Shown here piece after piece: positions 18,473 through 28,615 of a stretch of 64,000 bases of DNA. Under the pieces are notes generated by a model, which saw only the letters and a program-made list of their open reading frames with translations, ran no database searches and was not told the origin of the DNA. Both the position numbers and the translations under genes were made by a program. The DNA lies in the IMG/VR virus record IMGVR_UViG_3300040801_002079, positions 124,001 through 188,000 of that record. One strand, 5' to 3'. Every line of letters begins with the position of its first letter. Position 1 is the stretch's first letter.

Positions 18473-18479
18473 CTGAAGT

Positions 18480-18549
18480 AACAGGGTGGGTAGTTCTCCT
18501 CGGGGTTTTTGTTTATTTTTCCCCCTTTCATAGCTACCCACCCTGTTTT
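18480..18549 (+). terminator. Long-stem hairpin (terminator or processing site)
   Basis: AACAGGGTGGGTAG/CTACCCACCCTGTT 14-bp perfect stem around a 40-nt loop, then TT and a late promoter. Confidence 0.55.
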
Positions 18550-18574
18550 ATAAATATATCAATAAGGAAGAATT

Positions 18575-19078
18575 ATGACTAGCAAGTATAAACTATATTT
18601 GGATATGGACGGTGTTGTGAGTGATATGGACGCTATGATGGCAGATATCACTAATGGTGCGTCTGAGCAGCCAGATTACCCTAGGGGAAAATTCTGGGGT
18701 GCAGTGTCGCGTTACAATAAAGAGGTTGCTCCATTCTTTGAGTCACTTCCTAAAACGAAAGATGCTGATAAACTCGTACAGTTTGCGACTGATAATTTTG
18801 ATGATGTTGCCTTTTTAACAGCATCGGGAACAACTCCCAAGGATGGGCCTGAGCAAAAGCGTAGATGGGTTGAAAAGCATTACCCCGGTATGAGGGTCAT
18901 TGTGGTAACCAAAAGCGCTGAGAAGGCCGTGTATGCCAATCCTCGGTCAATTCTAGTGGATGATAGGGATAAGTCTATTAATCCATGGAGAAAAGCTGGT
19001 GGAGTTGGTATACTCCACACCTCAGTGAACGACACAATTAATCAACTAAGCTCTTTTATGCCTGACCACCGTCAGTAA
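18575..19078 (+). CDS. HAD-family 5'(3')-deoxyribonucleotidase (NT5C-like)
   Basis: LYLDMDGV motif I, FLTAS, ILVDDR motif IV. Confidence 0.88.
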   Translation: MTSKYKLYLDMDGVVSDMDAMMADITNGASEQPDYPRGKFWGAVSRYNKEVAPFFESLPKTKDADKLVQFATDNFDDVAFLTASGTTPKDGPEQKRRWVEKHYPGMRVIVVTKSAEKAVYANPRSILVDDRDKSINPWRKAGGVGILHTSVNDTINQLSSFMPDHRQ

Positions 19079-20546
19079 TATTAAGTGAATATGTAGTTGT
19101 TAATGTGTTTCTAGCTGTTGTTGCTGCACCGGCTGAATATTGAACATTACTAAAGTGCCAGTCACCTCCAGTGTTAATTCCAGCAAGCCCACTCCATGCA
19201 ATAAGGACCTCATCATATTTCGCAGTGGAAAACGGGGTCGTGACTCCGTTACAGAAGTTTGGACCACTGCCGCTTAAGGGCCTCCATCCGGCAATATCAA
19301 GTCCTGTCATAGCGAAACACCCACTAAACATTTCATCAAAATACTGAACGTCATCAACATCCCAGCCCGACACATCGGGGGCGGGGGTCATCACGCTACA
19401 ATTTTCAAACATGCTATCCATGTCGGTTGCGCTTCCAGTATTCCAGTTACTAGTATCTGGTGGTGTAAGCATGGCATTACAGTCTTGGAACATACTCCAG
19501 AAAACACCAACATTACTTACGTCCCAATTACTAGTATCAGGAGCAGAGGTCATATTAAGACAACCATAAAACATTCCTTCCATATTTGTAACATTTCCAA
19601 CATTCCAGTCGGTTGTGTTCGGGGGATTTATTAAAGACGTACAATCTTCGAACATATAATCCATGGAATCAACCAAATCAAATGTATTATTAACCCCAGC
19701 GTCAGTGGCTGTTATAGACGATAAGTTTGAACACAAGCGGAAGCCATTATTGCAATATAATAAACCTATGTCTCCCCAATTTTTTATTCCCACTAATTTG
19801 TCACGATCTGCTTGGGGCATAGTATCTGTTGTTATCCAACTAAATGTTCCCGTGATTGAAACATCATATGTCCCGGCTGTTGCATACGTGTGAATTCTTA
19901 ATGGATCGGAGCCGCTCGTGATTGTATCACTATTTCCATCACCCCAATCTACATCATAACTATAGGTGCCCGTATTTCCGGATGGTAATTGTATAGTATC
20001 CCCATCACTCGCAATTGTCCATGTCGTAACAAAAGCGGCACTAACAGGCGATGGTGTTGGAGTTACCGTAGGAGTAACAGTCGGGGTAACGGCTGATGTA
20101 ACCGTGACTGTGGGTGTTGGGGTTGGTAAGTTACTATTTGTTGCAGCAAGAGCTACCCATTCCGTGGCTGAATACTTAGTAAGTTGCATACTGTTCCATT
20201 GGGTCGGTGTTGAGACAGCAAGTGTTGACCCATTAATTGTATCAGTTGCGGGAGTCACAAACACCTCACCATTACCTAATTGCAACATAATACAGAAGAA
20301 GCCTTCGGGTAATCCATCAGGTAGTGTAACCGAAACATCATCATTACTAGTAAAGGCAACGGTCTTTCCATGGTCCGATGCCTGTATTGTATAAGTTAAA
20401 CCCGCTTGAATGTTAAAAATAGGCTTATAAAAGAAGTCCCTAGCTGTTAATGAAAAGAATTTAAAGGTGCTAGCATTATCAACGCCCACTAGCTCCTCTG
20501 TTCCATCCAATGCTGTTTTTTCTGTTAAGTCATTAATTCTTGCCAT
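19056..20546 (-). CDS. Virion fibre/adhesin with PKD-like domain and BspA/DUF285 repeats
   Basis: TPTV linker, VDWGDG...HTYATAGTYDVSITG, repeated W(N/D)VxNVxxMxxMFxxC units. Confidence 0.8.
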   Translation of the reverse strand: MARINDLTEKTALDGTEELVGVDNASTFKFFSLTARDFFYKPIFNIQAGLTYTIQASDHGKTVAFTSNDDVSVTLPDGLPEGFFCIMLQLGNGEVFVTPATDTINGSTLAVSTPTQWNSMQLTKYSATEWVALAATNSNLPTPTPTVTVTSAVTPTVTPTVTPTPSPVSAAFVTTWTIASDGDTIQLPSGNTGTYSYDVDWGDGNSDTITSGSDPLRIHTYATAGTYDVSITGTFSWITTDTMPQADRDKLVGIKNWGDIGLLYCNNGFRLCSNLSSITATDAGVNNTFDLVDSMDYMFEDCTSLINPPNTTDWNVGNVTNMEGMFYGCLNMTSAPDTSNWDVSNVGVFWSMFQDCNAMLTPPDTSNWNTGSATDMDSMFENCSVMTPAPDVSGWDVDDVQYFDEMFSGCFAMTGLDIAGWRPLSGSGPNFCNGVTTPFSTAKYDEVLIAWSGLAGINTGGDWHFSNVQYSAGAATTARNTLTTTYSLNITDGGQA

Positions 20547-20573
20547 TATATAATTCCTATATCTTATCTCTAT

Positions 20574-21170
20574 TTATGGTCCTGATAGTTGTTGTCCATC
20601 ATGTCCATCAATCGTGTTACCATCCTGTCCTTCTAGATATGTTCCATCGGCTACCGAAGGTGTAACCGTTGGGGTAACGGTGCTTGTAGGTGTAACCGTT
20701 GGGGTAACGGTGCTTGTAGGTGTAACCGTTGGGGTAACGGTGCTTGTAGGTGTAGCCGTTTGTGTCGGAGTAACGGTACTTGTTGGGGTAACAGTCGGGG
20801 TAACAGTTGAAGTGGGTGTTAGTGTTGGAGTTACAGTTGGAGTTACAGTTGGAGTCGGTAATATGTTAAAGAAATCTGCCTCTCTGAATATTAAATTTAA
20901 TGTCCCAGAAGTGGGTTCCGAAAACTCAATTAATATGGTATTATTATCAACAATTTGAACAGATTGTGGTATAATTTCAGAATTACGGTTATCCAGAATC
21001 TGGAAATAAAGTTTGGTGGTTCTTCTCCAGTGCTTTACATACCATGTATCAGAAGCTTTACGCACACGAACCCTCAAGCTTTTAAGGTTTGAGTCGGATA
21101 TTTCATTGGTTGTATACCAGTTACCGTTTTCTAAGTCAATATAAAGTGGCTTGTATCTTGTTTTAAGCAT
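20574..21170 (-). CDS. Virion structural protein with TPTV repeat tail
   Basis: late promoter 21196-21202 on -; C-terminal TPTSTVTPTV repeats. Confidence 0.7.
   Translation of the reverse strand: MLKTRYKPLYIDLENGNWYTTNEISDSNLKSLRVRVRKASDTWYVKHWRRTTKLYFQILDNRNSEIIPQSVQIVDNNTILIEFSEPTSGTLNLIFREADFFNILPTPTVTPTVTPTLTPTSTVTPTVTPTSTVTPTQTATPTSTVTPTVTPTSTVTPTVTPTSTVTPTVTPSVADGTYLEGQDGNTIDGHDGQQLSGP
20659..20748. repeat. Perfect 30-nt tandem repeat x3 (encodes TPTSTVTPTV-type units)
   Basis: GGTGTAACCGTTGGGGTAACGGTGCTTGTA three times plus a partial fourth. Confidence 0.95.
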
Positions 21171-21195
21171 ATTGGGTCCAATTTTCTACAATATA

Positions 21196-21214
21196 TATTT
21201 ATCCGTCATAAATA
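21196..21214. promoter_or_regulatory. Back-to-back divergent T4-type late promoters
   Basis: TATTTAT 21196-21202 (- strand ATAAATA) and ATAAATA 21208-21214. Confidence 0.7.
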
Positions 21215-21244
21215 TAATATATAAATTAAATATTGGATTCCCTT

Positions 21245-21661
21245 ATGAAAAAGACATTAAAAGACAAATTGATTGATGAGGCTATGGATTTCTATAGGAT
21301 TGATAGCCTGCTTGATGATGAAGATTTCGACATGGGAGAAGATGAAGATATGGATTTCGACTTCGATGATGAAGATTTCGATGATGAAATGGGGGAAGAA
21401 AATCCAGACAAGGCTGGTATGATAAGACCAGTTAAGGGTGCATATTTGGTTTATAAAAGAGTTACTCCCAATAATAACTATGAGGAGTTATGGGTTTATA
21501 ATTTAGGTAACGTTAAATCTCAGACTCGGATCAGAAACTCTATACTGGCTGGCACGGACATTGATCCTGTCGATCTAAGATCACCCGATAATGAGCAATC
21601 AGCTACTACATGGTCGAAGGGTAATGTGCAATATCTTCATATCGATGGATTGCCCAATTAA
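21245..21661 (+). CDS. Putative head/virion protein with acidic N-terminal region
   Basis: late promoter; DEDFD-rich tract; AGMIRPVKGAYLVYKR...YEELWVYN. Confidence 0.65.
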   Translation: MKKTLKDKLIDEAMDFYRIDSLLDDEDFDMGEDEDMDFDFDDEDFDDEMGEENPDKAGMIRPVKGAYLVYKRVTPNNNYEELWVYNLGNVKSQTRIRNSILAGTDIDPVDLRSPDNEQSATTWSKGNVQYLHIDGLPN

Positions 21662-21719
21662 CCGTTGACATTTTTCAAATTAGGTTATACACTTCTATAG
21701 TTATTCTATAGGAGGAAGC

Positions 21720-22286
21720 ATGTCACTAATAACAATAAGCGGATCGCAAGGTCAAGGCAAAACCACAGTTTTATCATCCCTTGCTGAATTAGGCTATAAC
21801 GTAATTCCACATAAAACATCCCGTCTGATCTTAGATGATTGGGGCTACACTTTAAACGAGGTTAACAAAGATTTAAACTTGAAAAAGAAGTTTCAGGATG
21901 AAATTCTTGTTCGCCACGTAGAAAATAATAGAATCGCATTAGAGTCCGATGAAGTGTTTCTGTCTGAGCGATCTTTCGCTGACATATTCACGTACACTAT
22001 ATTCACTCTTGGAGCATTCAATGAGTATAGTGAGTGGCTGGACGGGTATTATCAAAAATGTAAGCAGGGTCAGGCAATGTATGACGCGGTTATTTCTTTA
22101 AGTGGAAGAACCACTGATATTGACAATGATGGTGTTAGATCAGTCAATCAACACTTCACTGAATCCATTGATATTGTATTACAGTTTTATCTTGAGCAGT
22201 TTACTGGTCCTGATTTGGTTAGAGTTAGCACACCAGATCATGCTGAAAGAGTAACAGAGATATGTAATTACATTGATTCCATTTAA
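21720..22286 (+). CDS. AAA_28/NadR-Ttd14-like P-loop nucleotide kinase
   Basis: ITISGSQGQGKTT Walker A, SERSFAD; TTGACA at about 21665. Confidence 0.75.
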   Translation: MSLITISGSQGQGKTTVLSSLAELGYNVIPHKTSRLILDDWGYTLNEVNKDLNLKKKFQDEILVRHVENNRIALESDEVFLSERSFADIFTYTIFTLGAFNEYSEWLDGYYQKCKQGQAMYDAVISLSGRTTDIDNDGVRSVNQHFTESIDIVLQFYLEQFTGPDLVRVSTPDHAERVTEICNYIDSI

Positions 22287-22307
22287 TTATTTTATATAAA
22301 TATACTT

Positions 22308-22559
22308 GTGAACACTGTAAAACCAAGAAAGAAACAAAGGCGCAAAGCCATAAGAGAGGCAGCGCCTGCTGATGCAAAGGAAGTTGATAACTTAAAGCGA
22401 GAACTTGCTGCGCAGCGTAAGGCTATCAACACTTTGGAGCGGTCAAATAAGTACTTGCGTGACAGGCTTTCTAATGTTGAATACAGGGTGAGCGTAGCAG
22501 ATCGCATTCTAACCAATCTTCAGAATGCGGTTAACAAGTTCTCAAGGATAATCAGATAA
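22308..22559 (+). CDS. coiled-coil hypothetical protein
   Basis: GTG start after late promoter 22295-22302. Confidence 0.55.
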   Translation: MNTVKPRKKQRRKAIREAAPADAKEVDNLKRELAAQRKAINTLERSNKYLRDRLSNVEYRVSVADRILTNLQNAVNKFSRIIR

Positions 22560-23014
22560 TGCAAATCAATGTCAGGGAAAAGAAAATAGAAGATGGTCGC
22601 TTTGGGTTCTTTGGCCCAACGTCCGTACTCTTTACACCCTTTACAAAAATCATATGTGGGGTGTTATTGGTTGGTTTACTGGGAAGTTTGGGTGTAACTA
22701 CTTGGAAGGTTTTTGAAACAAAAAATCTGAAAATTGAATTACTTGAAGTAAAGAATGATAATACGCACCTGAATAATGAACTGGATATCTGTAAATTTGA
22801 ATTGGACGATACAAATATTAGAATTGCAGAAATACAAGCGGCTTCAGAAAAGGATATGCAGATCATAAGGGAAGTTAATGAAGAACTCAGTAAACTTACC
22901 GTTGAACAGAAAAAAGAAATTAATAGACTGAAATCATTACCCGCACCAGAGGGGTGTGATGGAGCCACGGAATGGTTACGGGATAATCTGGACATATTTA
23001 CGAGGCAGCAATGA
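22559..23014 (+). CDS. Putative i-spanin (Rz-like)
   Basis: single TM helix, periplasmic coiled coil, C-terminal Cys; adjacent to a lipoprotein. Confidence 0.7.
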   Translation: MQINVREKKIEDGRFGFFGPTSVLFTPFTKIICGVLLVGLLGSLGVTTWKVFETKNLKIELLEVKNDNTHLNNELDICKFELDDTNIRIAEIQAASEKDMQIIREVNEELSKLTVEQKKEINRLKSLPAPEGCDGATEWLRDNLDIFTRQQ

Positions 23015-23472
23015 AAAATCTAATAGTGTTAAGCATAAGTGCAATCATACTAATGGGCTGTGGTCATCAGCAAGTTAAAACTGTATATCAGGATAAGTAT
23101 ATCCCCATACCTATTGTTCCAGCACCACCCGAGGTTGCAAAACCTGAATATTATTCAGAAACACTAACCGATGAGCAAAAAGAAGACATTGGTGAGTTGG
23201 CTAAAGCTTACGTTATAGACTCTAAGCAAGCAAAGGCTTATGCTGATAACCTTGAACGAGTGTATGAAACATACGGTGATATGGCAACAAGCTCAGAAAA
23301 CCGATTAAAAGCATTAGAAAGTCTGGGAGCTACTGTTGATAGAAGTTTAATGGAGCAGGCATCTGCCGAGATTAATACTGAACTAAAATCACTATCTTTG
23401 CAAATTGAAACGAACAGCGAAGAGGTTGATTCGGACATAGAAGAACTCAGGCAGATGAAAAAGCCTGAATAG
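23011..23472 (+). CDS. Putative o-spanin (Rz1-like lipoprotein)
   Basis: signal peptide with lipobox LMGC, Pro-rich IPIPIVPAPP segment. Confidence 0.72.
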   Translation: MKNLIVLSISAIILMGCGHQQVKTVYQDKYIPIPIVPAPPEVAKPEYYSETLTDEQKEDIGELAKAYVIDSKQAKAYADNLERVYETYGDMATSSENRLKALESLGATVDRSLMEQASAEINTELKSLSLQIETNSEEVDSDIEELRQMKKPE

Positions 23473-23496
23473 TTCCCTTTATTCATAAATACCCTT

Positions 23497-23817
23497 ATGA
23501 AATTAAAAACTTTATTCGAAGCCAAAAAATCAGAAGATAAGGTGGTATTTAAGGAAACTGATCCGCAGTTGCCGTTTCCTAATGATACCATCACGGCTAT
23601 TAAAAAGAGAATTAATGTTTTTGCTAAGGACTTGACAACCGACTGGGATAGTGCAGTTGAAATGTTAGATGCTGTCCTTATGGAATTGAAAGTTCCAAAG
23701 CCTCAAGCTTATTTAAAAGAGCGGTGGAGACAATACCAAGAGTTAATTGAATTTACAGTAGAAAATTTATATGACTCTAGGGGCTTTGGTGGCAACTGGA
23801 ATAGAGTTGTAAAATAA
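23497..23817 (+). CDS. Putative head-internal protein
   Basis: late promoter 23485-23491; MKLKTLFEA N-terminus. Confidence 0.65.
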   Translation: MKLKTLFEAKKSEDKVVFKETDPQLPFPNDTITAIKKRINVFAKDLTTDWDSAVEMLDAVLMELKVPKPQAYLKERWRQYQELIEFTVENLYDSRGFGGNWNRVVK

Positions 23818-23831
23818 CTTCGGAGAATGTA

Positions 23832-25283
23832 ATGAGTATAGACTATTTAAAAGAAATGTTAGACCTAAACCCATCTAAAGTGGAATCGGATATACCGACA
23901 CCCCACTCAGATTCACTTGACAACAAATTGAGCATTGTTAAGTACTCAGAGGCCAAGCAAATCTTAGAGCATCCTGAAGTTTATCCTGTGCTCAAAGAAA
24001 TGAAAGCTTTTGATCTTTTAAATGAACACGATGTTGATACTTATCACACACTAGCAATATGGGTATCAGAAGCTTTAGAGGTTTTCGCAACCGAGAACTT
24101 CGGAACAGCGCAGGCAATTGATTTTAATGAGAAGTTCATTCTTCGTTCCGTAACTGAAGGACTGAATGATTTTTCTAGTGAGTTCTTGACGGAATTTACA
24201 AAGAAGCGCTTTATGGATACGGATGATGGAGAGGTGGAAAAATCACTAGATGTGCCTTCACAGTCAACGTCATGGCTTGATAAGCTTGCTGCGAAGTTTG
24301 GAATCTCTGAATTTGGTATAAAAGACTTTCTTTACCTCTATCTCTTAAATAGGATGGGTCAAGGTAAAGAAGATACAAAGTTTATGAAGCCCCCTGTAAC
24401 GGAGGCTATGGCTCTTTTCCTAAATGAAAAGGCTCCACCGGGAATGGAAGGCTGGATCAACAGTGTTAAAGCTAAGTTCCAAAAAGAATATGGGGATGAT
24501 TGGGAAGAGGTTTTATACTCAACTGCATGGAAGAAATATAAAGCTAATAAAAAGAAAGTAAACGAAGGCTTTATGGACAAGGAAATTCCTCATGAAGAAA
24601 TGATGCGATCAATGGAGCAGGCTGGTTGGGAAGAAAATGGTGGAACGGCTTTATGGTCTCACCCCGATCACCCCGATTTCTGGGTTGATGGAAATACCGG
24701 ATATATCTATGTTTATCCAACAAGACCCTTATCTGGCCCGTTTACAGCGGAAGATGATTTTCTTGAAACATTCGACAATATGGGAGACTTTCTCAATTGG
24801 GTAAACAGTGGGGAGGCAGATGAACGTGCTGCTAAATATAAGAGAATGGCAACCGATGCTGGTTGGAGAGGATATGTTGAAGAGGATGACATGAGCAAAG
24901 TAAATGAAGATGTAGATGATATGTATGGTGGAGCTACGAAACAGGAACACTTCCCTCGCCCAGAGGACAAAAAGGCTCCGAAGGCATCATCTAAAGTAAA
25001 ATCTGACGTTAGCCAACGTATTAAAGAGCTTGATAAATTGATTCGGGATTATAAGGAAAAAACACACTTCTTTGGTGAGGTTAAGCCCGCCATATTTAAT
25101 GCTAAAGAAGCATTAGAAGAGATTCAGGGCAAAATTAATGATGGATCGATGGATGCATACAAAGAAGCACAGATTCATTTCCAGAAACTAATGAGTCCGA
25201 TCACTAACTTATTCCCACCAAGCTTGGTTAAGTTTCTAGCATACGGGAATGATGGAGAAGAAAATAAACCTAAAGATGTTTAA
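23832..25283 (+). CDS. Putative head-internal/core protein, acidic, with ChaB-like YSTAWKKY segment
   Basis: 483 aa; repeated LNE/VNE/VTE sites resembling prohead protease cuts. Confidence 0.6.
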   Translation: MSIDYLKEMLDLNPSKVESDIPTPHSDSLDNKLSIVKYSEAKQILEHPEVYPVLKEMKAFDLLNEHDVDTYHTLAIWVSEALEVFATENFGTAQAIDFNEKFILRSVTEGLNDFSSEFLTEFTKKRFMDTDDGEVEKSLDVPSQSTSWLDKLAAKFGISEFGIKDFLYLYLLNRMGQGKEDTKFMKPPVTEAMALFLNEKAPPGMEGWINSVKAKFQKEYGDDWEEVLYSTAWKKYKANKKKVNEGFMDKEIPHEEMMRSMEQAGWEENGGTALWSHPDHPDFWVDGNTGYIYVYPTRPLSGPFTAEDDFLETFDNMGDFLNWVNSGEADERAAKYKRMATDAGWRGYVEEDDMSKVNEDVDDMYGGATKQEHFPRPEDKKAPKASSKVKSDVSQRIKELDKLIRDYKEKTHFFGEVKPAIFNAKEALEEIQGKINDGSMDAYKEAQIHFQKLMSPITNLFPPSLVKFLAYGNDGEENKPKDV

Positions 25284-25975
25284 TCCTTTTTATGGATTGC
25301 ATCTCTTATGTTTTTATTAACCTGATCTCTTCGGGCCATCTTTTGCTTTCTTTCTTCAATTTCAGTTAGGATGGCATGTAGATTTTTTTCCGCTTTACTT
25401 GCAGTCGGAGCAGGTTGAGTTAATGGGAGAGGGGTTGGCTTAGGTGTTACAGCCTCTTCAGTCTTCTTCTCTACCACTACTTCATCAACCACACTATCAG
25501 CTTCTAGATTCCTGCCGATAAGCTCTTCTGCAAAGTCTATTGGATCAAAAGCAGTTGATTCTTTAACTTCTTTAGCGGATGGTGACGGCTTGGGTGTTGA
25601 CTCTGATTTCTTGGTCTCAGGCTTATCTTTCTTTTCTTCTTCAGGCTCTTCCATTGGACGCATTTTAGCATTGTCTTTAACCTGAACCTTGAAGTCCTTT
25701 TCATCAATAAACTTAATGTCACCAGAATCAACTTCAAATCTGGCATTTTCTTTGTATACAAATATAGAATAAGAGACCTTGGCTTTCTTTAAAGTATCCT
25801 TGAGCTTTGTTGGTATAGTGAAGGTATAGTCAATGTCCTCACCTTTTATCTTCTTTAGCTTAATACCTATTTGAAAATCAGTCTTGTTAAGCATAAGCTC
25901 AGCATCGAATTTCCCTATATCAATTGAGGGTTCGATAGATATCTCATATGGTACACCAATTGCTATTTTTTCCAT
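25280..25975 (-). CDS. hypothetical protein (probably virion-associated)
   Basis: 231 aa at the end of a minus-strand structural operon. Confidence 0.65.
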   Translation of the reverse strand: MEKIAIGVPYEISIEPSIDIGKFDAELMLNKTDFQIGIKLKKIKGEDIDYTFTIPTKLKDTLKKAKVSYSIFVYKENARFEVDSGDIKFIDEKDFKVQVKDNAKMRPMEEPEEEKKDKPETKKSESTPKPSPSAKEVKESTAFDPIDFAEELIGRNLEADSVVDEVVVEKKTEEAVTPKPTPLPLTQPAPTASKAEKNLHAILTEIEERKQKMARRDQVNKNIRDAIHKKD

Positions 25976-26451
25976 TTCGCTGTAAACCTATTATTTTTGA
26001 CCTTATTCCATGCCGTTTTAAACTTGATTCTTAATGTATTTATCTGTCCAACTCGTTTTATTATCTGATCCTTCTTAAACGAATCAACAATGAATGTTCT
26101 AGTAACACGCTTCTTACGGAACTTAACTACGAACGTAAGCTTATATTTCTGCTCTTCCGGTAAATCATCGTCCCATCCAGATGGATACGATGCTCCACCA
26201 CCTCCACCTCCACCTATTCCCGGTGATGGGCTTGGGCTGGGCGTAACCGAGGGAGACGGTGTAATCGTTGGAGTAACAGTGGGGGTTAACCCACTGGTGG
26301 GCGTTGGAGTGGGCGTTACAGATGTTGCCGTGGGAGTAGGGGTGACACCCAATGGTTCAATGTATAAATGAAATGGACCAAATATTAAAAGATTACACGC
26401 TGGGCCACCTAACCCCTTGGTTATAATACTTCCAACGCCTATGTTCATCAT
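25963..26451 (-). CDS. Virion protein with TPT linker and Gly tract
   Basis: VTPTPTATSVTPTPTPT...GGGGGGG; basic C-terminus. Confidence 0.65.
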   Translation of the reverse strand: MMNIGVGSIITKGLGGPACNLLIFGPFHLYIEPLGVTPTPTATSVTPTPTPTSGLTPTVTPTITPSPSVTPSPSPSPGIGGGGGGGASYPSGWDDDLPEEQKYKLTFVVKFRKKRVTRTFIVDSFKKDQIIKRVGQINTLRIKFKTAWNKVKNNRFTAKWKK

Positions 26452-27815
26452 TATTGTGGTACTCTTTCTGCAACTTCATCTGTGCTTGGCGTTCCAGTGC
26501 TATCCAATAATGCAAATGTTAGTATTGGAGTTACATCATCATCATCATATATAGTAAGAGTATTATTGTCTTTATCAATTACGCTTCTATTCTCTTCATA
26601 TTTCTGTAGAAGTGCAAGCACTTGTGCTATACTGGTTAATGAAGCTAGGGTGGAATCCTTCTCTGCTGTTGTCCAAACAGGGGATAGACCCTTTCTAATA
26701 ACAGTTACCGCACCACCAGATTCATCTGTTATATGTCCAGTTCCTCTAACCACTATTGTTCCAGCAGTGCATGTACTATCAATGATTAGATGACCTGATA
26801 ATAAATCCACGCTGCATAAATTATTTGCATCACTATAGTTCTTTATCCTAATTCCGCCCGTGTAGGGTCTTAATTGCAATTCGAGGTTCGGATGATTATT
26901 ACAATCAATGATGGGTGAACTGGTTCCGGGAATAAGTGAAAAACAGTCCAAGAATGAATAGAACGAATTACTGAAGCCACTGGATGGGAGTGTTATGGTT
27001 CCCAATAGGCCACACTTGGATGCATCCCCTTCGAAATTGGAGAAATCTTCTATAATCCCTTCTTCCAATGAAAAGTTTCCGGAAGCATATCCAGCCATGT
27101 ATAAACGTCTGAATGTACATTCATGGACATCTTGACCAGAAAATATCAACCCAGTTGTTGTCGGGTCTCTACCAAGAAAATCAGAATGTGACCAGTCACT
27201 CGTTGGAGCCGTATTTGCCTGAAAATATCCATTTAGATGAACCCTTCTTGGCAATCCCCTATTAATCATTATAGCATATGCATCAGTTAAATTATCAACC
27301 GGATATGATGTCGTACCGCGTGGATACTGTGATCCGGGTCCACCAACCACATTATCAGTCCATATTCTACCGTCAATAAATGATTGATCTTCAATTTCTT
27401 TTGAATATGTTAAACCGGCTGAGTTTGCAGATCGTACAGAGACTTGGTTAACATTTGTTACGTCAGCAATGTTTGTGTTGCCGCCGACTAGGTTAACAGC
27501 ATATTGTCCATTCTCAAATGTAATGGTATACCCATTAATGATTTCGATAACTCGTGCAAGCGTAACGCCACCAACTGTAACAGGTTGGTTATGTGAGTGG
27601 GTGTCTAAAAACGACATACCCTCAATGCTTGCTTCCAGAGCCTTTAACTCTAATCGAAACAGGTTAACGTCCAATTCACGAATTTCAGTGGGGGTAGATT
27701 GTACCAATAGAAGATAGCTTCGGGGAACATGAATTATCTTGTTTCCCCAATCGATGTATATTCCTGATGCAATATACCCACTTTCTACATATCCACTATC
27801 AACATAATCTGCCAT
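26451..27815 (-). CDS. Virion structural protein with beta-helix-like central region
   Basis: 454 aa in a late operon; Gly/Ser/Cys-rich beta-type repeats. Confidence 0.65.
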   Translation of the reverse strand: MADYVDSGYVESGYIASGIYIDWGNKIIHVPRSYLLLVQSTPTEIRELDVNLFRLELKALEASIEGMSFLDTHSHNQPVTVGGVTLARVIEIINGYTITFENGQYAVNLVGGNTNIADVTNVNQVSVRSANSAGLTYSKEIEDQSFIDGRIWTDNVVGGPGSQYPRGTTSYPVDNLTDAYAIMINRGLPRRVHLNGYFQANTAPTSDWSHSDFLGRDPTTTGLIFSGQDVHECTFRRLYMAGYASGNFSLEEGIIEDFSNFEGDASKCGLLGTITLPSSGFSNSFYSFLDCFSLIPGTSSPIIDCNNHPNLELQLRPYTGGIRIKNYSDANNLCSVDLLSGHLIIDSTCTAGTIVVRGTGHITDESGGAVTVIRKGLSPVWTTAEKDSTLASLTSIAQVLALLQKYEENRSVIDKDNNTLTIYDDDDVTPILTFALLDSTGTPSTDEVAERVPQ

Positions 27816-27818
27816 CGT

Positions 27819-28523
27819 TTACGTCCAGAAATCTGGTGCCCTCTGTTTTGTCGGTAGACCCGTGCTCTGGTAGTGTATATCAACAAAATGAATAAAGGGG
27901 TCAGGCACACCTCCCCCTGAAACCGTTATATCATTTGAGTCAAGATAGAAGCGGCATAATATAAGACCATCTGGCTCTAGAATATCTGTATCCAATTCAT
28001 CAGATGCTCCACCTGAAACCGACAGTGTGGTTTCTGCGATCATATGCTGGTACGGCGTTGTACTTACATTTTGGGCAACAGTCTTGGTTATAGTGGTGGG
28101 AAATGCGGCTTGATTGTGACCTTTAGAATAGGTTGTTTCCCATGCAAACGTTAGACTGCCTCCGGTAACAAGAGCGTTATCGTGTGAATGATGCACATGA
28201 ATGAATAAATCCGAACCCATGAGATAATCATGTGGCATATGAAAACGACAAAGCATTTCGTCGCCCTCTGCAAACTGAAACTCTGTTATTCCGCCCCGAT
28301 AGGCTGCAAACGTTGGCTGGTTTAAAGAGTTTGGATCAATAAACCCCGTTGCTAACATATCATGCCACCCCCATGTTGGGGTAGTCGTATCAAGTTTTAT
28401 ACCAACCGTTCTACTCGAAGGGAACACCTTACCATCGGGAATATCCCTCAATTCGATAAAGTTGTTATCCATTTCGGTGTGTGTTAAAGGAGACCCTTTG
28501 GAAGCTCTTGTAATAATAGCCAT
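27819..28523 (-). CDS. Tail-fibre-like virion protein
   Basis: RASKGSPLTHTEMDNNF N-terminal motif typical of phage fibre proteins; late promoter at 28594. Confidence 0.7.
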   Translation of the reverse strand: MAIITRASKGSPLTHTEMDNNFIELRDIPDGKVFPSSRTVGIKLDTTTPTWGWHDMLATGFIDPNSLNQPTFAAYRGGITEFQFAEGDEMLCRFHMPHDYLMGSDLFIHVHHSHDNALVTGGSLTFAWETTYSKGHNQAAFPTTITKTVAQNVSTTPYQHMIAETTLSVSGGASDELDTDILEPDGLILCRFYLDSNDITVSGGGVPDPFIHFVDIHYQSTGLPTKQRAPDFWT

Positions 28524-28615
28524 TAATAGAATCTCCTGTTATTTTGATTTTTCATATTATAAGTCATAAAGTCGGTATTATAGCATATAGTTGTATTTAT
28601 ACCAGCCCCGAACAA

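Noticed and set aside
20659-20760. CRISPR-like array
   Set aside because: Repeats are contiguous without spacers and lie in-frame in a coding linker; no cas genes in the window.
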